Assembly: GCF_006345805.1 (NCBI RefSeq)
Contig: NC_043007.1
Location: 18,786,001-18,850,000 of the forward strand
DNA: 64,000 nucleotides
Direction of reading: 5' to 3'
Origin: Octopus sinensis
Lineage: Eukaryota
The notes below the pieces were generated by a model. That model saw only the letters and a list, made by a program, of their open reading frames with translations, had not been told where the DNA came from and made no database searches. The position numbers were made by a program, and so were the translations under genes. How positions within the stretch are numbered: position 1 is the stretch's first letter; every line of letters begins with the position of its first letter. This document shows, in pieces, positions 13,255-25,449 of the stretch.

Positions 13255-14049
13255 TCTACTCTCTCTTTCCTTTTTCTTCTTTCTTTCTTTCCTTCTCTCT
13301 CTTTCTCTCTTTCATCATCTTCATTCTCTAATGAAGTCCCACAGCCTCACGTTTCCATTTTTTTCTTTCCATTTCCAGCCTTCTTTTACCCGCCTCATTA
13401 TTTTTACTCTTTCCCCTTCATGACTTTATGCTTCACTCTCTCTCTCCCTCTCTCCATCTCCCTCTCCCCTCTCTCTCCCTCCTCCTCTGTATCCCTCGTT
13501 TTCTATTCTCTAATTAAATCAATCAGCCTCTCGTCCCTGTTTTGTTTTCCTCCCTCAAAAGCAACGAGCTTTTCTTACTTACAATCTCCTCGTTCTTACG
13601 TATCTCGTTCTCATCACAGCCTTGATGAAATGACTGTTGTATCTCTAATTAGAACGCTTTAATTAGATTATATATATTTCATTCCAATCTCCTGCATTCG
13701 ATCTGTTATTTTAAATTGATTAATTGCTCAGTGCACCGAACAGGGTACAGCAATTTCACAATTACAGAAAATTTATTAATGCGGATAAATAAATTTCCTT
13801 GCATTTGTTCTTCCCCTTTTATAATCGATCCTTTCCGATTTCGATATTACAACCGGATTTAAGTAATCTCATTTTTACTTCGGAGGAATATTACTAATGT
13901 AATATGGAATCAGAGGAGGCATGTTTTTGTTTTTTTTTACTTTCATTTCTTTCTAATTTTATAGTGATTGATTTTGGTTTGTTACAGAGGCAAATATTAA
14001 ATTCTAGAGATGTATAGGTAATGGAATGGCTCCCGGTATGCTGATGATA

Positions 14050-14283
14050 CGGCGAACTGGCAGAACCGTTAGCACGCCGGGCGAAATGCGTAGCCGTCTA
14101 TCGTCTGCCGTTACGTTCTGAGTTCAAATTCCACCGAGGTCCACTTTGCCTTTCATCCTTTCGGGGTCGATTAAATAAGTACCAGTTACGCACTGGGGTC
14201 GATGTAATCGACTTAATACCTATGTCTGTCCTTGTTTGTCCCCTCTATGTTTAGCCCCTTGTGGGCAGTAAAGAAATAGGTAT
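14050..14283 (+). mobile_element. Family B SINE
   Basis: Head-core-tail match to 53066-53298 and 59438-59675. Confidence 0.8.
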
Positions 14284-14659
14284 GCTGATGATACGTATTG
14301 TAACACTTTAAGAACCACCGAGAGAACCTCTATGTGGGTGAGGGCTGAACCCGGATCCTTGAGCTTGGGAAGAAAGCTTCTTACCACACGGTCACATCTA
14401 CGTCTTTGTCAACGTTTATTTCGGTTTTATCCAGAACCAAACGACAACGACGTCTCTACTTATACTTGGTATCGCCAGTATAATTTCTAAATCTTCCTCA
14501 ATCTGTTCTGTACTTCCTAAAAAAATGAATGAATGAATGACCATTTTGAATTATGTAATCCTGGATACATTGAATGGAAGTAAAATAAATTGGTCATAGA
14601 ACGCGTGTTTGGTCAGAGCTGAGCTGGAGCTAGACAACTACGATAACGACAGCAACGGT

Positions 14660-15027
14660 CGGAGGATCGCGGTTTCGATTCCCAGACCGGGCGTTGTGTG
14701 TGTTATTGAGTGAAAACACCTAAAGCTCCACGAGGCTCCGGCAGTGGGTGGTGGTGACCCCTGTTGTACTCTTTCGCTCCAACTTTCTCTCACTCTTTCT
14801 TCCTGTTTCTTGTCCCCGACTTCCTACGCAACCGCTGAGCCTGGATGCGCATTCATCCATCCGTCGATGTTCTCGGTGTCGGGGGGTTGACCTGCTTTCT
14901 CTTCTGCGGGTCTTACGAATAGCAAAGGACCACGTTTCGGACTTCTCCCACTACAATCCTGAGGCGCGATCTTGCGAGCTCTGGGACGAAGACCGCTTCG
15001 CTCAACAAACAAACAAAACAAACAAAC
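14660..15027 (+). mobile_element. Family D SINE head and body with a different 3' tail ending in (CAAA)n
   Basis: About 130 bp is nearly identical to 2160-2295, then unrelated GC-rich sequence ends in ctcaacaaacaaacaaaacaaacaaac. Confidence 0.7.
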
Positions 15028-15379
15028 AGTAACAGTAGCATTATGCATAATTTGGAGTGGTGTTCCCATCTTGATCGCTGTTTTTACTAGGTTTCGGTTG
15101 TGTAAGTTCCGGCCTTTTTTCTTCCGTACGGTGGAACATTCACAACCCAAACGTAGTCAAAGCAACAATAAAGATGAGGATACCACTCCGACTAGTAAAA
15201 CATGATATAAAATTCGCCATCTCAGAAATATAGAATTGAAGCATGATCGGGCTATGATACAATGAGGGTGTATATATGAGGATGCTCATCTGACTAAGTA
15301 TAACAGTCAAATCTTCCTGAAATCAGATCTTACTTAATTAAAAGACGAAGGATACCATTTGATTATGTCTGTCTGCTTG

Positions 15380-15478
<99 letters not shown>

Positions 15479-16096
15479 GTCTGTCTGTCTATTTATCTAT
15501 TTGTCTATCAATCTGTCTGTCTACATGGATACATATTAAATTTGAACTGTGTTTATTTCTACATACAGCATTATAAACTACAAACCACAGAAAGGAATTT
15601 TCGACAATCCATCAATATCTGTGTATTCAGCACTTTTAGTGAATCTAAACGTTATCATAATTAGGACGCCTGTGAGATCCACAGGTTCACATACTTCGTT
15701 CATGACAAACAACTCACTAATAAAATTAATTTCGAAGAAAATAACCATTCAAATATTTTCTAAAATGACTGAAAGGAGAAAACTGAAGAGAAGGACAGTA
15801 CCTGTGAGCCGTCTAGGTTACTTCTGAATTAGGTGAAAGCTCGAGGTAAAACCAGTGAAAGATGGATAAGTAGACAGATAGAGAGATGGCATTTCCTACC
15901 GTGAAGAAAGTATAGTGTTAAACTTTAATAAAGAAAAACGAATGGTTTGTTCGTAAGTTTTCTTATGCGAAATTTAAAGAACGGAGATTAATAATTTTCT
16001 TTTCTTTACGTAACAAACGTTTTTTTTTTAAAAGAATAAATTTTCTGTTTTCGAAAGTTGTTGCTCTAATGTGTTTAGCGAGAAATTATATGCGTG

Positions 16097-16196
16097 NNNN
16101 NNNNNNNNNNNNNNNNNNNNNNNNNNNNNNNNNNNNNNNNNNNNNNNNNNNNNNNNNNNNNNNNNNNNNNNNNNNNNNNNNNNNNNNNNNNNNNNN
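16097..16196. other. Assembly gap (100 N)
   Basis: Run of exactly 100 N, likely a placeholder of unknown true size. Confidence 0.99.
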
Positions 16197-16280
16197 AAGT
16201 AAATAAACATCTTTTAAAATTGCATTTTCAAACCTTCTTTCGTTATAATTCCACTCGTGCGATACCCCACAACTCAACTT

Positions 16281-16322
<42 letters not shown>

Positions 16323-16559
16323 TATACTCTTTACTCTTTTATTTGTTTCAGTCATTTGACTGCGGCCATGCTGAGCACCGCGTTTAGTCGAGCAATGGAC
16401 CCCATGACTTATTCTTTGTAAGCCTAGTACTTATTCTATCGTTGCCTTTTGCCCAAACCGCTAAGTTACGGAACGTAAACACACCCACCATCTGTTGTCA
16501 AGCGATGTTGGAGGGACAAATACAGACGCACAACATATACACCATACATACATACATAC

Positions 16560-16850
16560 ATACCTCATTGTCCCGGTTTCGTCTATTCCGAAACGCGGAG
16601 AAGACGAAACGAGGTTCGAAACGCGGAGAAGACGAAACAGGGGTAGCTGAAGAAGGGGAATATTCCTTGTGTTGTATGTCTTGTACTCTGTTTTTTCGTT
16701 GTTTGAAAAAAGTCCGTTTCCGTGGTTTTGTTTTCGTTTCTCATTGTGTTCGACGTTTTGTTTTTGATGTCCTGTACCCATATATGCATGTATATATACA
16801 TATAGATGTAGGTATGTACATATATTCATGTATATATGCATATACTTATA
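16560..16850. repeat. Dispersed repeat, second copy at about 1790-2050
   Basis: Shared ttccttgtgttgtatgtcttg...cgtttctcattgtgttcgac...catatagatgtaggta. Class unassigned. Confidence 0.7.
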
Positions 16851-16948
16851 TATTATATAATGATCGAACACCACGCATCCATTTCCAAGTAAGTTTTATT
16901 AATCTATCTCTATCTATCTATCTATCTATCTATCTATTCTATATATAT

Positions 16949-17009
<61 letters not shown>

Positions 17010-18307
17010 ATGCACATGCATATATGGGTACATGACGCCCAATATGTAAACAACATGAAATACGAAACAAACGATTTAAATATGCAAACAACGAGGAGAA
17101 ACAAATGGAAAACAGGACAAGTAACACGAAGAACGACCCTTCATCAGATGTCTATCTACTGTTGTTCAATAATAGTGAAATATCGATATGTACAATTCGC
17201 GGTGATTCCAAGGCGACTTGTCTCACCTGGCCTGTGGCATTCAGGTGTTCTTTAACACTCGATGTCGTATAGGGAGCTCTCTCTGTACGCCATCCCGCAA
17301 CAAATTTGGTGTATAAACAAAACACATAGACTCTGTATGTGCGACCGAGAATACTTACACACACACACACACACACGCACACACACACGCATACACACAC
17401 ACTGCCTGTATACGCATGCACGGGGCGCGCACAAGTATATATATATATATATATACTTACACACATACATACATACACATATATATATACATACACATAC
17501 CTACATACACACATACATACACACTTACATACACAAACATACATGCATACACACACATACATACACACATACATACACAAACTTACACACATACATGCAT
17601 ACATACATACATACATACATACATACATACATGCATGCATACACATACATACATGCATACACACACACACATACAGCGCGCGCGTGCATACAAACGCGCA
17701 CATACACACGCGCACAGATCCCCGGATGCTATTCGTGTTGTCCTTACTCCATGCCACGTCCCACTTTATCTTATCATGTAAGCCATATTCTTGACTGGCA
17801 GCGTAGTAGCCCCATAGGGGGTTGCAGCGGCCGGTGGGGGGGGGGGAGAGGGAATGGTGGTGGTGGTCGTCGTCGTCGTGGTGATGTAAAGGGCTCTGCA
17901 TTTTTCTGGGATCAGCCGAGATAAAAAGGGAAAGGCAACTAGATTCCAACAACAGCAACATCTCGCTGCAGGGAAATGGGGACACAGCTGTTGACGACCT
18001 GTAGTAGTAGTAGTAGTGGTGGTGGTGGTAGTGGTAGTAGTAGTAGTTGTAGTAGCAGCAGCAGCAGCAGTAGCAGCAGTATAGTAGTGTAGTTGCTCTT
18101 TTTCCTACTATTGCTATTGTGGTGGTGGTGTTTGTATTTGTTTAACCCTAGGTCATCGTTCATCGGCAAATCTATGACATTTTTTATTCTGAGGAATAAT
18201 ATACCTCGGATTACATCATCCTAAGTGTCGTTTCTCCTCAGGCGCTCGCGTGTGATGTAGCCCGTCGTGTATATATATATATATATATATAATATATATT
18301 ATAATAT

Positions 18308-18350
<43 letters not shown>

Positions 18351-19642
18351 CACGAGGGGCGTTCAATAAGTAATGCCCCTGACCCACTTCCATATAGCAG
18401 TAGAGTAACGAAACTTGGAACAGTTATTAGTCTTTTTCTACATAGGAACCACCCAGAGTTACGCATTTCTCCCATCGTTTGATGCAGCTCTGAAGACCGT
18501 TTTTGTAGAAGACCCCAGCTTGGTCCTCCAACCACGACGTGACTTCAGAAATCAAGGCTGCATCATCTGGGAAACGCTTTCCTTTCAAAAACAACTTCAT
18601 GGCTGGGAAGAGGTGAAAATCAGAGGGTGCAAGGTCAGGAGAGTAGTGGGGGTTGGAGGATGAGTTCATAGCCGCACGCCTGTGCTTCTGATCTGGCGAC
18701 ACGCGAGTTGTGGATCGGAGCGTTGTCCAGCAGGAGGAGGATGTCTTTGCTGATCTTGCCCCGCCTCTTGATTTTGATAGCTTTTCTTAATTTCCTCAAA
18801 AGTGAAGCATAATAGACTCCTGTAATTGTGGCACCCTTTGCCAGGAAATCTGTCTTCACTACTCCGTCCTGGTCCCAGAAGACTGTAGGCATGACCTTGC
18901 CAGCGGAGGGCTGCACCCTTGCCTTCTTTGGAGGTGAGTCACGGTGCTTCCACTGCATTGACTGGGCTTTGGTCTCTGGATCATAGTGATGGACCCAGGT
19001 TTTATCCTATGCAATCAGTCTTTTGAAAAATTTTGACTCATCTTCTTGGCACATCTCCAAATTCATCCTCGAGCAATCGACGCGTTCTTGCTTCTGGAAA
19101 GGTGTGAGCAACCTGGGAATTCATCTGGCAGACACCTTTTGCATATGCAAATGGTCATGAATGGTAGTTTCCACAGACCCGGTACTAATCTTGACCTCAT
19201 GGGCTATTTGGCGAATAGTTATGCGTCGATCTTCCAAAATGGCAGCTTCAACTTGACAGACAGATGCCTCATCAATGGCAGAAGGGGGCGACCAGATATG
19301 GGAGCTGTTTCCACAGAGTTCCGACCATGTTTGAATTCACAATGCCAGCGTTTTACAAGGTCATATGATGGGGCATCATCACCATAAGTTACTTTCATTT
19401 CATCAAAGTCTCCCGTGGTGTGCGTCCTTTCAAATACAAAAACCGGATCACTGCTCGACACTCAACATGGTCATTTCACACTTGACTCAGTTCAAACACC
19501 TGTAAATCGGAAACCAAATTAGTTCAGAGCTGTTAATTACCAGTTAATCTATAGAGATATAAATAATTGCACATGCAAAATTTCAGCTAGATCAAACAAT
19601 TGCAAGTGGGTCAGGGGCATTACTTATTGAACGCCCCTCGTG
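18351..19642 (-). mobile_element. Full-length mariner transposon (1292 bp, irritans/Himar-like), transposase pseudogenised
   Basis: Perfect 39-bp TIRs at 18351-18389 and 19604-19642 with TA on both sides. Motifs AVIRFLYLKG, (W)IPRLLT, WVHHYDPETK, SAGKVM.TVFWD, LDNAPIH and YSPDLAPSDFHLF, spread over several frames with stops. Confidence 0.96.
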
Positions 19643-19674
<32 letters not shown>

Positions 19675-19905
19675 TATGCTGTTGGCCCTTAAGTTGCTCT
19701 TTTGCTTCTGCTAAATATTAATAAAAAATATAATCATATTTTGAGTTCTATTTTTTCTGTTAATATCATCATACCCCCCTCTCTCTCTTTCTCATAGAGA
19801 AAGAGAGAGAAAACAAAACGAAAATTTGAATACAACTATTTTGATTCATACATGTAACCCCCAGTAAATTTGTTGAGTGCCCCTCTTTGGTTTGTCCACT
19901 CACTC

Positions 19906-19950
<45 letters not shown>

Positions 19951-19954
<4 letters not shown>

Positions 19955-20212
19955 TCAATTAGGGTAGCAAAAAATTCAATAGAAATTTATCGCTACCAGC
20001 GGTCTAGTGTGGAAAGAGAAAATAGTCAAAGACTATATATATAAATTCAACAACAATTAAGGAATGGCCTTAATAGGCCATTCGGCCCACTAGAAGAAGC
20101 AGCCAGGACTCAAACCGCTAAGTAGTAGTAATTCAGAAATTAAATGAAAATTTAAAAACATTACCATATATATATATATATATATATATGGTAAATGTTT
20201 TTACCATATATA

Positions 20213-20266
<54 letters not shown>

Positions 20267-20406
20267 AATGTTTTTAAATTTTCATTTAATTTCTGAATTA
20301 CTACTACTTAGCGGTTTGAGTCCTGGCTGCTTCTTCTAGTGGGCCGAATGGCCTATTAAGGCCATTCCTTAATTGTTGTTGAATTTATATATATAGTCTT
20401 TGACTA
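19951..20406. repeat. Fold-back element: about 143-bp inverted arms (20022-20165 / 20263-20406) around a (TA)n spacer
   Basis: The arms are reverse complements except for a 1-nt indel. Confidence 0.9.
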
Positions 20407-20434
20407 TATATATAATATATATATATATTATTAT

Positions 20435-20600
20435 ATGTAGAAAAATACAAACTGGGACAAGAACGTAAAACATTTAGTAGACGATACAAAAAAGACGGAC
20501 GGGACATTCGAAGCCTTCAATCTTCAGTCAAGAACCGGATCATCCTCGCAATTTCGGCTGATTAATCTTGAGATCCCTCCGATCCGGCCAGCCCCAAATA
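20435..20600. repeat. Dispersed repeat homologous to the arms of the fold-back at 50780-51194
   Basis: Shared acggacggg.cattcgaagcctt.aatcttcagtcaagaaccggatcatcct. Confidence 0.8.
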
Positions 20601-20659
20601 TATACATACATACATGCATACATACATACATGCATACATACATACATACATACATACAT

Positions 20660-22592
20660 AAGAGCTTGCTACATGCAATCAAGCAATATGCATGGCACTC
20701 ACTGAAACGCACCTAGTCCCTGATGTAACAGATGCGGAAGTGCACATACCAGGGTATGCTGTATTTCGTACAGATAGAAGAGAAAGAAGCCACGGTGGAG
20801 TTGCTACGTACATCTGTGAAGATGTCACACCTCTTGTATTACTGTCACATTCGAACTCAGTTTGTGACACATTAATAATACATATAAAGCAAGCTGATGT
20901 AGTTGTATGCACAGTATATCGTCCGCCGAATACCACAAAATATGATGGAAAATTTAAGGATAGCCTCAAATACATCGAAGAAGTATTAACAAACCTAGAT
21001 CAGAACATCAACATACTCTTCCTGGGTGATTTCAAACTCCCACATGTCAAATGGCCAGAAGGTTTTAGCATGAACAAAAGCATGTAGAGTCATTACTTGA
21101 AAACTTACAAATAAGCTGTTCATGGAGCAAGTGGTACTCCGGCCAACCAGGGGAAGCAACATATTGGACGTATGCTTCACAAATAATGTGGACCTTATCC
21201 ATAATGTGAAGGTGACACCAACGGCAATCTCAGATCACAAAACTGTTGAACTAACTATGTATGGTCCTGGGCGAACTGTTGGTATCTACCCTATCAGGAG
21301 GGCTCAAGCCTAATCCAACCTGAAATTCCATAAGGCAAAAGGGGAATCAATCCACAAAGAGATCCACAAACGAAACTGGTCCAGCATTCTGTGTATGCAA
21401 GACGTTGACTTGAAACTCAGCCAGTTTATGTCAACAGTGCATGCTATATGCACACTGACAAACAAGATTCCCAGGGACAGAAAAATCCTCATGAGACGTG
21501 GGTCAAAGATCTCAAAGCGGTTGAATAGGCAACTGAAGGATAGAGAGAAGTCTCTCTTAACATGGATGCTCCTAAAAATTGAAAACAAGATCAAACTCCC
21601 TCACGAAAGGGAAAGAAGTGAGCTGTGGAAAGCATAAGAATAAATCCCAAAGCTTTCTATAAATTCGCAAAGAAAACAGCCACAATACCATATAAAATGG
21701 GACCATTGTTCCAAGGGAATGAATCACTGACGGTGGACCCAGGAAGGATAAGTGAGATACTCAGTGAACAATTTAAAAGTGTCTTCACTTCCCCCCTTGG
21801 ACACTTGCAGATAAAAAATCCGGCTGAATTCTTTGATATTGCAGCTCTAAAAAAGGTGGCGCCAGCGATTGATTACATCAACATTGAGGAGACATGTGCA
21901 GAAATGGTCACCATAGATGAAATGTGCTCATGCTCTACAACTGGTCTTGATGACTTCTCAGCTATTCTCCCAAAGTCATGTAAGCAGGCTTTAGCGAAAC
22001 CACTTCAGATCCTTTTCCAAAGTTCCCTGTTATACTTCCTAAAAAGCTGAAAGAAGGCATTATATACCCTTCTCACAAAGGTGGAAGCAGAGCAGAGGCC
22101 AAAAACTACAGACAAGTTTCTCTGACTTCACATGTCAGTAAAGTCATGACGCGAATCATCAGAAAGAAGTTGATAATGTTCCTAGAAGAAAATGACCAAA
22201 TGAACAATACTCAGCATGGCTTCCGTCCAAGATGAAGCTGCCTCACACAGCTCCTTCAGCACTATGACTAAGTTTTGAAACAGCGGCTTGACCCTTCAGA
22301 TGTCTGTGTGGTATACCTTGACTTTGCATTTGATAAGGTAGATCACGGCATGATGAGTCGTAAGCTACGAGACCTTGCCATTGCTGGTAAACTGGGAGAG
22401 TGGCTGCATGAATTACTTAAAAACAGAAGTCAGGTAGTTGCAGCCAATGGTGCCCTTTCTGAAGAAACTCAAATCCTAAGTGGCGTCCCCCAGGGAACTG
22501 TTCTGGGGCATTACTGTTCATAATAGCCCTCTTAGACATGCCCACGATCACTCGGACAGCCAACGTCACTAGTTATGTCGATGATACAAAAT
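20660..22592 (+). mobile_element. Decayed CR1-group LINE (APE and partial RT), 3'-truncated
   Basis: ALTETHL, RSHGGVATYI, FLGDF, AISDHK, QHGF, YLDFA.FDKVDH, SGVPQGTVLG and YVDDTK, with many stops and frameshifts. Confidence 0.9.
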
Positions 22593-22763
22593 TATATATA
22601 TATAAATTATTAAATTATATATATATATATTTTACTCGTTTCACTCATTAGACCACAGCCATGCTGGGGCACCTCCTTGAAGTATTTTTAGTCAACAGAA
22701 TCAACCCCAGTACTAATTTTTTGAAGTCTGGAATTTATTCCATCGATCTTTTTTGCCGAACTT

Positions 22764-22804
<41 letters not shown>

Positions 22805-22807
<3 letters not shown>

Positions 22808-23115
22808 TTTTATTCTTTTACTTGTTTCAGTCATTTGACTGCGGCCATGCTGGAGCACCGCCTTTAATCGAGCAACTCGACCCCGGGACTTATTCTTTTG
22901 TAAGCCCAGTACTTATTCTATCGGTCTCTTTTGCCGAACCGCTAAGTATATATATATATATGAACCACAAACTTCTTTTCTCTGTTCCAAATCCTCTGAC
23001 AATGTTTTGGTCGAGGCTATAGTAGAAGACACTTGCCCAAGGTGCCACGCATACAGTAAAACTCAAACCAGAACCATGTAGTTGGGAAGCAAGCTTCTTA
23101 CCACACAGCCACGCC
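22805..23115 (-). mobile_element. Family A SINE (internally deleted or rearranged)
   Basis: Tail at 22805-22947 and head at 23010-23115 match family A. Confidence 0.75.
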
Positions 23116-23789
23116 TCAGCTCGTCGGTGCGTGTAGATAGTCCCTGTAACTTAGCAGTTCGACAAAAACATGCCGATAGATTAAGTAACCAGAGTTTTAA
23201 AACAAGTATTAGGGTCGATTTGTTCGGCTAAACCCTTCAAAACAGTGCTCCAGCATGGCCACAGTCCACCGCTGAAATAAATAGAAGAGGGCAGCTTACT
23301 CTCAAGGGAGGTAACTCTTAACTACAAAACATTTTCCTACTTGTTACTAGTCCAATAAGTAAAGGGAAATAACTTATAAATGCCAAGGGAGATAATGCCT
23401 ACCATCTCATTGAATGCCATTTGGATATTACAGCAGTTATTTTCTGAGCCAGTCTCTTCGTGGTTATTTCAGATAATATATACAACAGGGAACTGTGCCT
23501 CCTCAAAGAATACCTTTCACATCACCTAGAAACACCTGAAGAAATATCATTTGTTTATGTTTTTATTCAGGTATGATAGTTTTTTTATTCTTTTTCTTGT
23601 TTCAGTCATTTGACTGCGGCCATGCTGGAGAACTACTTTTAGTCGAATAAATCGACCAGAACTTATTCCTTGTAAGCCTAGTACTTTATCGGTTTATTTT
23701 TCCAAACCACTAGTTTACGTCCCCGTAAACTCACCAACATCGGTTGTCAAGCGACGGTGTGCGAACAAACACAGATATATATATATATA

Positions 23790-25181
23790 TATATATATAT
23801 AACGGGAAGCTTTATGAAAATAAACAAAAGACGAAGGCAGGTGGAAAACAAACGAACAATTGTATTAGTATGGCGCTCAGGAAATATAAATAAAACAAGT
23901 CTTTAACGTTTCGAGCCTACGCTCTTCAACAGAAAGATACATAGAGAGAGAAAAACACAGAAAGAAGGAGAGAAAAAAAATGCGTGCAGTAGCTAACGAA
24001 TCAACATGGCGATCTGATTCGGCCAGAGGTCAAAGATCAAACATGAGACGCGAGAGCGAAATAAGGGGAGATAATAGGGTTGATAAATGGGTTGAGGGAC
24101 CAGCTAAAAGTGCGTGGGAGGGGTCTGGATGTGTGTATGTATAGGGTTGGTGTATGTATTAGTATGTATAAGGGTGTGGTGTGTGTGTGTGTGGTGTGTA
24201 TGAGAGAGTATTAGTGCGTAAGATTGGTCTGGACGTGCGTATGTATGGGGTTGGTGTATGTATTAGTATGTATTAGTATGTATTAGTACGTATTGGTATG
24301 TATAGGTGTGTTGTGTGTGTGTGTGAGAGAGTATAAGTGCGTATGCGGGGTCTGGACGTGTGTATGTATAGGGTGGTGTAAGTATTAGTATGTACTAGTA
24401 TGTATTAGTACGTATTAGTATGTATTAGTTGGTGTGTGTATTAGTATGGCACATCATATGTGATGTGATGTGTAAAGTCATGTGGTGTAGTGAGGAGAAG
24501 AGGGGAGGGGGAGAAGAGGGGGAGAGAACGGGAGAGGAAGAAGAGGGGGAGGAGAAGGGGGAAGAGGAGACGATGGGGGAGAAGGAAGGTGAGGAGGGGG
24601 ATGAAGGAGGAAAGAGGGAGAGGGGGAGAGAGAGAAGGGGAGAGAGGGAGTGAGGGAGCAGAGGGAAGGGGAAGAGGGAGGGAGAAAGAGGGAAGAAGGG
24701 AAGGGGAGTAGGGGTGAAAGGATGAAGGACTGAAGAAGTAGGGGTCGGGGGGAGAAAGGATAGGTGAGGAGGGGGGAGAGGGGGGTTAGATGAGGAGGGG
24801 GGAGAGTTGAGACCAAATGGCGTATAAGAGCGAAGAGAGAAGATTAATTCCTGTTCACGGCGCAAACGGGAATCCGGATGGCCTCTGTGTAAGGACAAAC
24901 CGAACACAGATAGGTGTTGCAAGGAGTGACCGGTGGAGCGGAAATGGCGTGAGACCGGTGTGTCGTTCGCAAGGTGGATGTCACGAAGGTGTTCCGCGAA
25001 CCGGTCAGCCAAGCGGCGTCCCGTTTTTCCGATGTACAAGGAATTGCAGAGAGAGCAAGAGATGCAATAGATAATATTGCTGGAGGTGCAGGTGAAGGAG
25101 TGGATGATGGGATAGGGTCGATGGTGGGTGCTAGTGAGGCGGGTGGTGTTGGAGAGGTAAGGGCAAGTGCGGCAACGTGGG
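23790..25181 (-). mobile_element. Penelope-like element 3' part: GIY-YIG endonuclease domain, purine/pyrimidine tract, minisatellite and terminal repeat
   Basis: Minus strand reads PRCRTCPY...FTCTSSNIIYCISCSLCNSLYIGKTGRRLADRFAEH...RLRREQELIFSLRSYTPFGLN (CxxC plus IY/YIG plus the conserved R, E and N). It is cut at 25182 by a family A SINE fragment. Confidence 0.92.
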
Positions 25182-25449
25182 CGGGCTTCTTTCAGTTTTC
25201 ATCTATCAAATCTATTCGCAAGGATTTGGTCGGCCCGAGGCTATAGCAGATGACACTCGCCCAAGGTGCCACGCAGTGGGACTGAACCTGGAACCATGTG
25301 GTTGGTAAGCAAGCGTATATCTAGGATAACAGTGGTAAGCTTTAACTCCATTCACTCCGGTAACTTCAACTTCAGCAACCGGCTTTGTATGTCACGGAAT
25401 ATTTGTATGAGACAGAAGTCCAAATGGACTTTTACAGCTATGTTATAGT

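Noticed and set aside
15700-16260. Possible transposase-like remnant spanning the N gap
   Set aside because: It is interrupted by the gap and stops, and has no diagnostic motif.
20500-20530. CTGAAGA...GAA motif on the minus strand (also in the 50780-51194 arms) as a hammerhead
   Set aside because: No stem II can form between the core halves and GAAA is not intact.
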